A DNA stretch of 64,000 bases from Burkholderiaceae bacterium (GTDB lineage Bacteria; Pseudomonadota; Gammaproteobacteria; Burkholderiales; Burkholderiaceae_F). Made by a program: the position numbers and the translations under genes. The stretch covers positions 29,653-93,652 of the forward strand of contig JAGCMT010000062.1 in NCBI GenBank assembly GCA_017646335.1. The letters run 5' to 3'. Below, piece by piece: positions 10,658-20,713 of this stretch. Below the pieces are notes generated by a model that saw nothing but the letters and a program-made list of their open reading frames with translations, made no database searches and had not been told where the DNA came from. How positions within the stretch are numbered: position 1 is the first letter of the stretch; each line of letters opens with the position of its first letter.

Positions 10658-11964
10658 GCTTCCTTTTTCGTAATCAATGCGTAGAAAAAGCCGTCATGCA
10701 CAAGAGGCAAAGAGGGATTCTTTTCCTTATCGGTCGGAATTAAACGTAACATCGACGATTCCAAACCGGGCAAATTCGTCGCTTGAGCGTCAGGGTGATC
10801 GGCTAAAAAGCGCTCCACTTGCAACGGACCTTCTTCCGGGAAGATGGAACACGTTGCATACAATAATTTCTTACCGGCGGGCAAAATGGACCACATGGCA
10901 TCCAAGAGCTTTCGCTGTTGCGCGGCAAGATTTTGAATGTCTTCCGGTCGGCGCATCCACACGATGTCGGGATGTCGACGAACAATGCCGGATGCCGTAC
11001 AGGGAGCATCCAACAAGATAGCGTCAAAAGGACCGGCCTTTTCCAATTTCTTTACATCAGCGGCATCGCTGACGATGATCTCGGCTTTTAATCCCAAACG
11101 GGAAAGCGTTGAATCGATTTTCTTTGCTCGATCAGGGTCGACTTCAACAGCAGTTACCGTGATGTCTTGTGCCTCTAAAAGGTGGGCTGTTTTGCCACCG
11201 GGAGCCGAGCACGCATCCAACACCTTTTGACCGATAGCCGGTTGTAAAAATTGCGGAACCATTTGGCTGCCGGCGTCCTGTACGGATACGACGCCTTCTT
11301 GGAATCCCGGGATTTCGGAAACAGGGCGAGGGCGATCCAAAACCAAACCCCAATCGCTGACGGGGGTGGCGTTGATGCCAGCCTCAACCAATGTTTGGCA
11401 ATAAGCCGACATCGTCGTTCGGCGTTGATTAATACGCAACGTCATCGGCGGCGGCAGGGTCTGCGTCGTTAAGATGGCTTCCCAGTCTTGCGGATAGGCT
11501 TTTCGAATCTTGGAAATCCACCAACCCGGCGCATTGAATCGAGTCGATAAATTGGTCGCAAATCCTTTGGTGAGCTGAGCTCGAGAACGCAAAAAGTTAC
11601 GAAGAACGGCATTGATGAAGCCGGCTCCATGAACCGTTGCGGGGTTATTTTTTGCAGCCTGAACGGCTTGATTTACAACGGTAAAGTGGTTTTCCTTGCC
11701 GTTTAACAAGAGTGCCAAAGAAACTTCCAACAAACATTTTGTTTCGATCGGCGGCTCACGGGAAATCAACTTTTGCGTTACAACGTCAAGCTTAGCCCAG
11801 TGACGGGTAGCGTTATAGAGAACGCTTTGCGAAGCGCTCTTATCTTCCGCGGATAAACCTTTGGTTGCATAAGCCAAGGCCCTTTCAAGTGAAGTGCCTT
11901 CGGTTCTCATTTTTGCCCATGCGACGGCGGCAATCTGCAAGGCTTTATGAAGCGGAATGCTCAT
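10654..11964 (-). CDS. rsmB: 16S rRNA m5C967 methyltransferase
   Basis: NusB-like N-terminus, SVQDAGSQ, LDACSAPGGKT, LDAPCTASG, YATCS, DGFFYA. Confidence 0.95.
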   Translation of the reverse strand: MSIPLHKALQIAAVAWAKMRTEGTSLERALAYATKGLSAEDKSASQSVLYNATRHWAKLDVVTQKLISREPPIETKCLLEVSLALLLNGKENHFTVVNQAVQAAKNNPATVHGAGFINAVLRNFLRSRAQLTKGFATNLSTRFNAPGWWISKIRKAYPQDWEAILTTQTLPPPMTLRINQRRTTMSAYCQTLVEAGINATPVSDWGLVLDRPRPVSEIPGFQEGVVSVQDAGSQMVPQFLQPAIGQKVLDACSAPGGKTAHLLEAQDITVTAVEVDPDRAKKIDSTLSRLGLKAEIIVSDAADVKKLEKAGPFDAILLDAPCTASGIVRRHPDIVWMRRPEDIQNLAAQQRKLLDAMWSILPAGKKLLYATCSIFPEEGPLQVERFLADHPDAQATNLPGLESSMLRLIPTDKEKNPSLPLVHDGFFYALITKKEA

Positions 11965-12920
11965 TGAAAACGGTCTCCTTTACCAAGGGGATAGCCTTGT
12001 AAAAAGCTTTCCACCGGCATTTTCGGTTTGCCCGGGCGCTGCAAAACCGTTGCACAAATGGCATCTTGACCACAAGCAATAACAACGCCATGCTTGTCGG
12101 CATGTGTTACAACACCAACCGAGCCATTACCGGACACTTTATGGGCTGCCCAAATTTTGATCGGGGTACCGTTGTGTTCGGCAAAGGAAGACGGGAAGGG
12201 CGTAAAAGCTCGAATTTTTTGCAAAATCACATCAGCCGGAAGCGAGAAATCAATCTTGCCCTCTTCTTTGAGCACCTTGTGAGCGTAAGTAACGCCATCC
12301 TCGGGTTGGATTGTTAACGTCATTTCATCCGGCGTTTCTAACAATTTAACCAACATCTCAGCGCCCAACGCTGCAACCTTTTCGGTCAAGCTTGTCGTCG
12401 TTTCGGTGCCGTCAAGCGGGAAAGCTTCTTGCGTAATGATCGGACCGGTATCCAAACCGGCTTCCATTTTCATTAACGTAACACCAAACTCAGGGTCGCC
12501 GAGCTCGATCGCACGAGTAATCGGAGCAGCACCGCGCCAGCGAGGTAACAAGCTTGCATGGATGTTGATGCATTTAACTTCACGATTGGGGCCAATGCCG
12601 GTCGGGATGTCCAAAACGGCTTGAGGCAAAATCATGCCGTACGCAGCAACAACCATAATGTCTGCGTTTTGGGCCTTGAGTAAATCATGATACTTTTGGG
12701 CTTCTTCGCCCCCCTTTTTGAGTGACAAGGTCAGTGGCGTTTCGACAGGAATCGAATGTTCAAGCGCTAACGCCTTGACCGCAGAGGGGGTCAACTTCAT
12801 ACCTCGACCGCTCGGTCGATCAGGTTGCGACAAAACGAGGCAGATTTCGTGACCTGCCTTAATGAGCGCATCCAATGCGGATGCGGCAAACGGAGGGGTT
12901 CCAGCAAATATGATTTTCAT
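11961..12920 (-). CDS. fmt: Methionyl-tRNA formyltransferase
   Basis: MKIIFAGTPPFA, SQPDRPSGRG, INIHASLLPRWRGAAPI; likely start is ATG 12920. Confidence 0.96.
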   Translation of the reverse strand: MKIIFAGTPPFAASALDALIKAGHEICLVLSQPDRPSGRGMKLTPSAVKALALEHSIPVETPLTLSLKKGGEEAQKYHDLLKAQNADIMVVAAYGMILPQAVLDIPTGIGPNREVKCINIHASLLPRWRGAAPITRAIELGDPEFGVTLMKMEAGLDTGPIITQEAFPLDGTETTTSLTEKVAALGAEMLVKLLETPDEMTLTIQPEDGVTYAHKVLKEEGKIDFSLPADVILQKIRAFTPFPSSFAEHNGTPIKIWAAHKVSGNGSVGVVTHADKHGVVIACGQDAICATVLQRPGKPKMPVESFLQGYPLGKGDRFQ

Positions 12921-13035
12921 AGGTATTAATTGTAGAGGCAGTACGAAAATTTCGAATTTTTTTACGGTTAATTTGGTTCTAAAACCATAAAAAGTGTTGG
13001 TTAAGCGATACACTTATTCCTAAAAGGAATAGACA

Positions 13036-13932
13036 ATGAATTACGCAGAAAAACGATCAATACATATTCACTACGAAATTTTTGGGGACGAGTCCGGCAT
13101 TCCGTTGTTGTTGGTGATGGGGCTGGGAATGCCTCTTAAGGCATGGCCTAAGCTTTTTATCCAATCGTTAGTACGCGAAGGTTTCCGTGTAATTGTGTTT
13201 GATAATCGAGATAGCGGAAAATCGACGCAAATCAGTCATGATGTTCGCCCAATGGATGTCGTTGAGGCTATTTTTAAAGCACTTACCCGACAAAAAGTCA
13301 CATCGGCTTATACGCTAGAGGATATGGCCGATGATGCCCTTTCTGTGTTGGATTCGTTGGGGATTGCTCGAGCTCATGTGTTGGGCATTTCAATGGGGGG
13401 AATGATTGGGCAAGTATTGGCATCTCGTCATCCCCATCGTCTTTCTTCGTTGACGTCGATTATGAGTGCGTCCGGTAATCCTCGTACCGGGGTCGGTAAG
13501 TTGCGTGCGCTTAAAGGGTTATTAACCAAGCCTGAAAATGCTTTCGATGTGAAAAGCTTGCGAGACTATCTCAAAAAAATGTTCCGTTTGATCGGGTCGG
13601 AAGAGATGGGGTATAGCGATGTGCAGATTCAGGAGATTGCTCAGTACATGGTAGACAACCATTACCAGCCTCAAGCGACGAGTAGGCAGTTGCTGGCTAT
13701 TCTAGCTTCGGGCGATCGCCGCTCTCAGCTCAAGCATATTACGGTCCCGACATTGGTTATTCACGGGCAAGATGATCCACTTTTACCCATTGAGGCCGGT
13801 AAGGAAGTAGCTGATTTGATTCCGGGAGCCCGTTTGATGGTTGTCCCCAGGATGGGACATGATTTGCCGACTTCTTCAATCGAGTTATTCGTCAAAGAAG
13901 TCAGCTCTCATTGTCGTAATCACCGTTATTGA
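13036..13932 (+). CDS. Alpha/beta-fold hydrolase
   Basis: LLVMGLG, FDNRDSG, nucleophile elbow GISMGG, IHGQDDPL, MGHDL catalytic triad. Confidence 0.9.
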   Translation: MNYAEKRSIHIHYEIFGDESGIPLLLVMGLGMPLKAWPKLFIQSLVREGFRVIVFDNRDSGKSTQISHDVRPMDVVEAIFKALTRQKVTSAYTLEDMADDALSVLDSLGIARAHVLGISMGGMIGQVLASRHPHRLSSLTSIMSASGNPRTGVGKLRALKGLLTKPENAFDVKSLRDYLKKMFRLIGSEEMGYSDVQIQEIAQYMVDNHYQPQATSRQLLAILASGDRRSQLKHITVPTLVIHGQDDPLLPIEAGKEVADLIPGARLMVVPRMGHDLPTSSIELFVKEVSSHCRNHRY

Positions 13933-14456
13933 TTGTCTTTGGTGGCTTGTTGACGGAGTTTGCGCAACTTCGTGCAAGCACGATTGCGCTTCAGTTGGCT
14001 CAAATGGTCAACAAACACTTTGCCATCAAGATGGTCAAGTTCATGTTGGATGCAGATGGCAAGTAAGCCGTCTGCTTCCATTTCGATGGTTTTGCCCTCG
14101 AGGTCTTGGTAGCGGACCGTCACTTCAGTGAAACGATTGACCTTTTCGTAAATGCCGGGCAAAGACAAACAACCTTCTTCGCCCGTGTCTTTTTCTTCAC
14201 CGGTGGCAATGATTTCGGGGTTGATCATGGTGATCAAATGATTCTTTTCTTCCGACACGTCGATCGTAACCAAACGAATCGAACGATCGATTTGAGGTGC
14301 TGCCAAACCGACACCCGGGGCGTCATACATCGTTTCGGCCATGTCAGCCGCCAAAGTACGAATCTCTTCCGTGATATCTGCGACGGGTTTTGCGGTTTCA
14401 GCTAAAACAGGTGCGGGATATTGAACGATAGGAAGAATGGCCACGTTAGTCTCCAA
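13926..14456 (-). CDS. def: Peptide deformylase
   Basis: GVGLAAPQ, EGCLS, QHELDHLDG. Confidence 0.97.
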   Translation of the reverse strand: METNVAILPIVQYPAPVLAETAKPVADITEEIRTLAADMAETMYDAPGVGLAAPQIDRSIRLVTIDVSEEKNHLITMINPEIIATGEEKDTGEEGCLSLPGIYEKVNRFTEVTVRYQDLEGKTIEMEADGLLAICIQHELDHLDGKVFVDHLSQLKRNRACTKLRKLRQQATKDNQ

Positions 14457-14550
14457 GAAAAGTTGCCAGATTAGAAAACCCCGCTATTATAAAAAAGAAG
14501 TGGCTTCTTGTAATCCTGTCGGTAAAGAAGGTGTTTTTTGGGGGTGATGG

Positions 14551-15429
14551 ATGAGTCGACAAGAACAATATGATTGGTTGCGTTTGATGTGGACGCGAGG
14601 CTTGTCTTTCGATTTGGCAAAGACGCTGTTGTCGGCGATTGGACTGCCCGAAATGATTTTTTCGGAATCTTATTCGGCACTGTGTCAAGTAGTCCCAGAG
14701 TCGGTTGCGCGTCGATTATGTATGCGAATCGATCCGGAAATTCATGAACGGATTGAGACGGCGCTTTTATGGGTTGAAAGGAATCCTGAGGCCGATTTGA
14801 TTGTGATGACGGATTCGCGTTATCCCCGTCGTTTATTGTCTATCCCTGAGCCTCCATTGGCTTTCTTTACTTGGGGAGATACCACTTATTTAACGATTCC
14901 CGGAGTTTCTTTGGTCGGTTCTACTCATCCCAATCAAGAAGGGGTGGATTTGGCTCGTCAGTGGGCTCATAAGCTGTCTGAATCTTGTGCGGTCCTTGTT
15001 GAGGGCATGAGTGAGGGGATTGAACGAGTCGCCTTGCAAGGAATGTGGAAGCAAGCACAGGCAAAAGCGATTTTGGTGTTAGATCGGCCAATGGCGTTGT
15101 GTGACGAATCGGTCGTGAGGGCGATGGCCGATCGTCATTTGGTGGTGAGTTTGGTTGGTCCTTATGATGAAATCGATGAGCCGCAGCGCTGGGAATTCCG
15201 CAACCGTTTGTTGCTGGGGTTGTGTTCGTCATTTGTTTTGGTTCAAGCCAGTATTCGGTCTCGATCATTGAGTTTTTTGCGAGAGGCCTTGGATCTCAAT
15301 CGTAATGTGATGGCGATTCCCGGGTCGATTCATTCCCCTTTGAGTAAAGGATCTCACCGTTTGATTAAGGATGGAGCTCGCTTGGTTGAGACGATCGAAG
15401 AGGTTCTCGATGAAATGCGAGTGTCGTGA
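14551..15429 (+). CDS. dprA: DNA-processing protein DprA/Smf (short, divergent)
   Basis: YPRRLLSIPEPP, RNRLLLGL, AIPGSIHSPLSKGSHRLIKDGA; divergent from def and upstream of topB. Confidence 0.85.
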   Translation: MSRQEQYDWLRLMWTRGLSFDLAKTLLSAIGLPEMIFSESYSALCQVVPESVARRLCMRIDPEIHERIETALLWVERNPEADLIVMTDSRYPRRLLSIPEPPLAFFTWGDTTYLTIPGVSLVGSTHPNQEGVDLARQWAHKLSESCAVLVEGMSEGIERVALQGMWKQAQAKAILVLDRPMALCDESVVRAMADRHLVVSLVGPYDEIDEPQRWEFRNRLLLGLCSSFVLVQASIRSRSLSFLREALDLNRNVMAIPGSIHSPLSKGSHRLIKDGARLVETIEEVLDEMRVS

Positions 15430-15556
15430 TTTTTGCTTGTTTGTAGTTGTTTGATTTTGAAAGAGTTTTAAAAAAAGTTGCCAAAGACCCCCATTTTGTT
15501 GGTACTCTAAAAAAAGAACAATGGGGAAAAGCGTCCTCAGAGAGAGAAATATAACC

Positions 15557-18037
15557 ATGAGCGAGAAAGTTTTAGTCATTGCTGAAAAACCGTCCGTTGC
15601 TGCGGATATTGCCCGTGCTTTGGGTGGCTTACAACGTGAAAAAGAGTACTTTGAGGGCGAACATTACGTCGTTAGCTCGGCCGTTGGCCATCTTTTGGAA
15701 TTGGTCGTACCTGAAAAATACGATGTAAAACGCGGTAAATGGACGTTTACCCATTTGCCGATGCTTCCTCCGAATTTTGATTTGAAGCCGATTAAAAAGA
15801 CGGAAGAAAAGCTCAAGACATTAAAACGTTTGATGAAGCGTACCGACATCGTTACCGTCATTAATGCATGTGACGCGGGACGAGAAGGGGAGTTGATCTT
15901 CCGTTACATCATTCAGGCTGCTAAGTGCAAAAAGCCGATTCAACGTTTGTGGTTGCAATCGATGACGCCGGCCGCTATTCGTGAAGCGTTTCAAAATCTA
16001 CGCAGTGATGCCGATATGCAACACTTGGCTGACGCTGCACGCTCTCGTTCCGAAGCTGACTGGTTGGTCGGCATCAACGGTACACGTGCAATGACGGCTT
16101 TCAATAGCAAGGATGGCGGTTTCTTCTTGACGACCGTGGGTCGTGTGCAAACGCCGACGTTGGCGATTGTGGTTGAGCGTGAAGAAAAGATTAACGCCTT
16201 TAAATCCCAAAAGTATTGGGAGGTCCATGCCTCCGTTGCTTGTAAGGCTGGTGAATATAACGGCGTTTGGTTTGATCCGCATTTCAAAAAGTGTGATGCG
16301 AATGCGCATTTGAAGGCAGATCGCATTTGGGATCTGAATCAGGCGCAAGCGTTGTGCGAGAAAATCAATCATGCCCAAGGGACCGTGACGGAAAGCGCTA
16401 AGCGTACGACCCAATTGTCGCCGTTGCTTTTTGATTTGACGAGTTTGCAACGCGAAGCAAACAACCGTTTCGGTTTCTCTGCAAAGACAACGTTGGCTTT
16501 AGCTCAAGCTTTGTATGAAAAGCATAAAGCGTTGACCTATCCTCGTACGGATGCTCGCGCTTTGCCGGAAGACTATTTGGGAACGGTTAATCAAACGTTG
16601 GCGATGTTGGCAGAGTCTTCCAATTATGTCGGCAGTGTGCAACAGATCCAAAATAATCATTGGGTTAAGCCGACGAAGCGAGTGTTTGATAACTCCAAGA
16701 TTTCTGACCACTTTGCCATTATTCCGACTTTGCAAGCTCCCAAGAAGTTGTCGGAGGCAGAACAAAAGATTTACGACTTGGTCGTGAAGCGCTTTTTAGC
16801 CGTATTCTTCCCTGCTGCGGAATACGATGTGACGACCCGAATTACGCATGTCAATGGCGAAGAACTTAAAACTGAAGGTAAGGTTTTGGTTAATCCGGGT
16901 TGGATGGCTGTTTATGGTCGTGAAGGCGGTCAGGAGCCCAGTTTGGTGGCTGTCGAACAAGGTGAAACGGTACGTGTTGCCTCTGTCGATTTGCAAGAAA
17001 AAGCAACGAAGCCGCCCGCCCGTTACACGGAAGCAACTTTGTTGTCTGCGATGGAAGGTGCCGGCAAATTGGTCGAGGAGGATGATCTTCGCGAAGCAAT
17101 GGCTGGCAAGGGGTTGGGTACACCGGCGACGCGCGCTGCCATCATTGAAGGTCTTTTGTTGCAAAACTATTTGCGTCGAGATGGTCGTGACTTGTTCCCG
17201 ACTTACAAGGCTCGTCAACTGTTTGCTTTGCTTAAGGGCTTAGGAGTTTCTGAATTGTCTGAACCGGAGTTGACCGGCGAATGGGAATTCAAGTTGGCTC
17301 AGATTGAGCAAGGGAAGATGCAACGTGATGATTTCATGAAGGAAATTCGTGAAATGACCACGACGATCGTTGAGGCGGCGAAGCGCTATGAGGGCGATAC
17401 GGTGCCGATTGAAAATCCGGCTCATTTAAGTAATCGATGTCCGAAGTGTGGCGGCGAGATCGTAGAAAACTATCGTCGTTTTGCTTGTACGAGCTGTGAC
17501 TTTAGTTTGAGTAAGCATCCTGGTGGTCGCACGTTTGAAGTTCACGAAATTGAGGAATTGTTAGCCAATCGCGAAGTGGGCCCTTTGGAAGGTTTCATTA
17601 GCAAGATGGGTCGTCCTTTTGCTGCCAAACTGTGCATTACCGATGAGTTCAAGATGGAGTTCGATTTTGGTGAGCCGCAACATCAAGAGAGCGAACCGAT
17701 CGATTTTGCTTCGCTTGAGCCGATCGGGGTCTGTCCGAAGTGCGGCGCCCATGTGTTTGATACGGAAAAGGGCTACGTGTGCGAAAAGACGCAAGATAAG
17801 GCTTGCGACTTCCGCGTAGCGAAGGTCATCCTTCAACAGCCCATCTCTTTAGAGCAAGTACAAAAGATCTTGACGGAAGGGCGCAGTGATGAAATGACGG
17901 ATTTTGTTTCCAATCGAACGCATCGTAAGTTTGCTGCTCAATTGGTGTTGGCTAAAGACGGAAAAATCGGCTTCGAGTTTTCTCAAACAAAGCCGGTTCG
18001 AAAGACAACTCGCACTCGTAAAGCAAGCGCAAAATAA
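15557..18037 (+). CDS. topB: DNA topoisomerase III (type IA) with C-terminal zinc ribbons
   Basis: IAEKPSVA, DAGREGELIF, TVGRVQTPTL, catalytic TYPRTD, GLGTPATRA, CPKCG repeats. Confidence 0.95.
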   Translation: MSEKVLVIAEKPSVAADIARALGGLQREKEYFEGEHYVVSSAVGHLLELVVPEKYDVKRGKWTFTHLPMLPPNFDLKPIKKTEEKLKTLKRLMKRTDIVTVINACDAGREGELIFRYIIQAAKCKKPIQRLWLQSMTPAAIREAFQNLRSDADMQHLADAARSRSEADWLVGINGTRAMTAFNSKDGGFFLTTVGRVQTPTLAIVVEREEKINAFKSQKYWEVHASVACKAGEYNGVWFDPHFKKCDANAHLKADRIWDLNQAQALCEKINHAQGTVTESAKRTTQLSPLLFDLTSLQREANNRFGFSAKTTLALAQALYEKHKALTYPRTDARALPEDYLGTVNQTLAMLAESSNYVGSVQQIQNNHWVKPTKRVFDNSKISDHFAIIPTLQAPKKLSEAEQKIYDLVVKRFLAVFFPAAEYDVTTRITHVNGEELKTEGKVLVNPGWMAVYGREGGQEPSLVAVEQGETVRVASVDLQEKATKPPARYTEATLLSAMEGAGKLVEEDDLREAMAGKGLGTPATRAAIIEGLLLQNYLRRDGRDLFPTYKARQLFALLKGLGVSELSEPELTGEWEFKLAQIEQGKMQRDDFMKEIREMTTTIVEAAKRYEGDTVPIENPAHLSNRCPKCGGEIVENYRRFACTSCDFSLSKHPGGRTFEVHEIEELLANREVGPLEGFISKMGRPFAAKLCITDEFKMEFDFGEPQHQESEPIDFASLEPIGVCPKCGAHVFDTEKGYVCEKTQDKACDFRVAKVILQQPISLEQVQKILTEGRSDEMTDFVSNRTHRKFAAQLVLAKDGKIGFEFSQTKPVRKTTRTRKASAK

Positions 18038-18063
18038 CGCAATTAGTCACTAACGATTAATGG

Positions 18064-18105
18064 AAAAAAAGAGGAGCCCTAAATTGAAATGGGCTCCTCT
18101 TTTTT
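18064..18105. terminator. Bidirectional intrinsic terminator between convergent topB and CNNM gene
   Basis: AAAAAAGAGGAGCCC...GGGCTCCTCTTTTTT inverted repeat. Confidence 0.85.
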
Positions 18106-18106
18106 G

Positions 18107-19444
18107 TTATTTGTTCTCGACTTGAGTAGGTGTAGATGCTACGGAGTCAGATTTTGTTTCGGGGTCCTTCTTGATCGGAGTCACGATAATTTGGTCGATC
18201 TTGTTGTTATCGACGTCAATGACTTCAAATCGGAAATCGCCGTAATAGACACGGTCCGTACGTTTCGGAATCTTACGGAGCATGTACATCATAAAGCCGG
18301 CAACCGTTTCGTAAGTAGAGTCTTCCGGCAAGCTGTCGACACCCAAGACGTGTTCCAAGTCATCGATTGGCGTAGAGCCGTCGACCAACCAAGAGCCGTC
18401 TTCGCGTTCAAGAATCTGAGCTTCTTCGCTAGAGATAACCAAATCACCCATCACGGTACTCATCACGTCATTAAGGGTGATGATACCGGTCACCAATGCA
18501 TACTCATTGATGATGACGGCAAAGTCCGTGTGGTTTTGCTTGAAGCATTCCAAAATCTCAGACAAGGTCAAGGAATCCGGCACCATTTGTACGGGGTGAA
18601 CCATACCCTGTTCCTTGAGCGAGAGCTTTTGGGAACTCATCAAACGTTTCAAAATGTCCTTGGAGTCAACGATGCCGATGACATTGTCGAGCTCTTGGTC
18701 ACAGACCAAGTATTGACCGTGAGACGTTTCGAGAACCTTGTGGCGAATTTCATCTTCGCTGTCATCCAAGAGAAGATAGACAATGTCTTCACGCGGCGTC
18801 ATGGAGCTCGGGACCGTACGGCTTTCCATTTCAAAAATGTTTTCAATGGCGGCTTGCTCTTCGGAAGCCAACACACCGGCAGCCGTACCGGCGTCCACCG
18901 TTGCAATAATGTCTTCAGACGTAATCTTGTGATTGGATTTAACCGGCATCCCCATCAAGCGGATGAAGAAATTGGCCGTACCGTTGAAGAACCAAATGAA
19001 AATCGGGCTCAACTTAATCAACAAGCGCATCGGGGAAATGATGAACATAGCCACGCGCTCAGGGAAAATAAGAGCAAGGCGCTTCGGAATCAAGTCGGCA
19101 AACAAGATGAACAAAACGGTCGACGTCACAAAAGCCAACCAAAAGCCGGACGTGGCGGCAAGCTCGGCGTCGGGTGTAAACATTTGGGAGACTTCCGTAA
19201 AGAACGGCGTAAAGAATCGTTCACCCAAAATACCGCCGGCCAGTGCAACGGCATTGATACCAATTTGGATTACGGTGACGAAATGACCAGGGTGGTCTTG
19301 AAGCTCTAAAACGTGTTGAGCTTTTTTGCTGCCTTCTTCAGCTAAAGTCTGGAGGCGAATACGTTTTGCAGCGGCAAGAGAGATTTCAGAAACGGCAAAG
19401 AATGCGCCAAGAATCAACAAGGCGATGAGCGAAACAAAATACAT
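18107..19444 (-). CDS. HlyC/CorC (CNNM-CBS-CorC) membrane protein, YtfL/PaeA-like
   Basis: FFAVSEISLAAAK, QIGINAV, LFADLIPKRLA, MTPRED CBS pair, INEYALVTGIITLNDV, CorC C-terminus. Confidence 0.88.
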   Translation of the reverse strand: MYFVSLIALLILGAFFAVSEISLAAAKRIRLQTLAEEGSKKAQHVLELQDHPGHFVTVIQIGINAVALAGGILGERFFTPFFTEVSQMFTPDAELAATSGFWLAFVTSTVLFILFADLIPKRLALIFPERVAMFIISPMRLLIKLSPIFIWFFNGTANFFIRLMGMPVKSNHKITSEDIIATVDAGTAAGVLASEEQAAIENIFEMESRTVPSSMTPREDIVYLLLDDSEDEIRHKVLETSHGQYLVCDQELDNVIGIVDSKDILKRLMSSQKLSLKEQGMVHPVQMVPDSLTLSEILECFKQNHTDFAVIINEYALVTGIITLNDVMSTVMGDLVISSEEAQILEREDGSWLVDGSTPIDDLEHVLGVDSLPEDSTYETVAGFMMYMLRKIPKRTDRVYYGDFRFEVIDVDNNKIDQIIVTPIKKDPETKSDSVASTPTQVENK

Positions 19445-19628
19445 AGAAACATTCGAATGTTAGCGGACTCGTAAGTGTACCAAAAGTAAGGCTTTTTCTC
19501 TAGAAGTAAGATGCATTAAGCGGTTTTATGTATTGTTGTTTGAAAATCTTTTTGTTAAGGTTATCACTCGTCCTCTTGAATGAATTTAGAGGCGATTCCC
19601 CCAATATCACGACAGTAAAGGAAATATT

Positions 19629-20651
19629 ATGAATACGCGTTTGACGGCAACTGCCATTGCCTTACTCGGTGCCTCTTTCTTGGCACAAGCACAAGCCGCT
19701 ACGACTTTGGAAACGGTCAAGGCTCGTGGTCATTTGATTTGTGGCGTGAATACGTCTGCACCGGGTTTTTCTTCTGTTGACAGCAAGGGCAACTGGTCTG
19801 GTCTTGATGTGGATGTTTGCCGTGCTGTGGCTGCTGCGACGTTGGGGGACGCCAGCAAAGTTAAATTCGTGCCGTTGAGCTCGCCGCAACGTTTCTCCGC
19901 TTTGCAAGCCGGTGAAATCGATATGTTGGCTCGTAATACGACGTGGACGATGACGCGTGATACCACGACGGGTTCTGTTTTCACGGCCGTGACCTATTAT
20001 GACGGTCAAGGCTTTATGGTGCCGAAGAAGTTGAAGGTGACGAAGGCTACTCAATTGCGCGGTGCAACGATTTGTGTTCAATCGGGTACGTCTAGCGAAA
20101 AGAGCTTGGCCGACTACTTCGCACAACAAAATATTAAGTTCCGCACGGTGGTGTTCGATACGACCGAAGCAACGCAAGCCGCATTCTTCTCCGGTCGTTG
20201 TCAAGCCTACACGACGGACATGAGTGACTTGGCCGGTGCTCGTACGAACTCGCCGAATCCGGCTGATTACGATATCTTGCCTGACGTGATCTCCAAGGAA
20301 CCGTTGGCTCCGGCCGTTCGTCGCGGTGACGATCAATGGCTCTCCATCGTTCGTTGGTCTATTTTCACCATGCTCAATGCTGAAGAGTTGGGTATGACCA
20401 AGGCCAATGTCGATGATTTGAAGAAGAACGATATGCGTCCGGATGTTCAACGCTTGGCTGGTGCTGCAGAAGATATGGGTAAGGCTCTTGGCTTGGATAG
20501 CCAATGGAGCTACAACATCATCAAGCAAGTCGGCAACTACGGTGAAAGCTTTGAGGCTAATATGGGCCCGAACTCCAAGTTGGGTTTGCCGCGCGGTGTC
20601 AACAAATTGTGGACTCAAGGTGGTTTGATGTACGCCCCGCCGGTTCGTTAA
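19629..20651 (+). CDS. aapJ: General L-amino acid ABC transporter substrate-binding protein (AapJ/BztA)
   Basis: Signal peptide, RGHLICGV, DVCRAVAAA, RNTTWT, YYDGQGF, ISKEPL, VGNYGE, GGLMYAPP. Confidence 0.92.
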   Translation: MNTRLTATAIALLGASFLAQAQAATTLETVKARGHLICGVNTSAPGFSSVDSKGNWSGLDVDVCRAVAAATLGDASKVKFVPLSSPQRFSALQAGEIDMLARNTTWTMTRDTTTGSVFTAVTYYDGQGFMVPKKLKVTKATQLRGATICVQSGTSSEKSLADYFAQQNIKFRTVVFDTTEATQAAFFSGRCQAYTTDMSDLAGARTNSPNPADYDILPDVISKEPLAPAVRRGDDQWLSIVRWSIFTMLNAEELGMTKANVDDLKKNDMRPDVQRLAGAAEDMGKALGLDSQWSYNIIKQVGNYGESFEANMGPNSKLGLPRGVNKLWTQGGLMYAPPVR

Positions 20652-20669
20652 TACCTCAATTTTCCTGAT

Positions 20670-20699
20670 AAAATGGCGGTTTCCCAACCGCCATTTTTG
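20670..20699 (+). terminator. Hairpin/terminator after aapJ
   Basis: AAAATGGCGGTT-TCCC-AACCGCCATTTTT. Confidence 0.75.
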
Positions 20700-20713
20700 T
20701 TAGATCAAAACAG

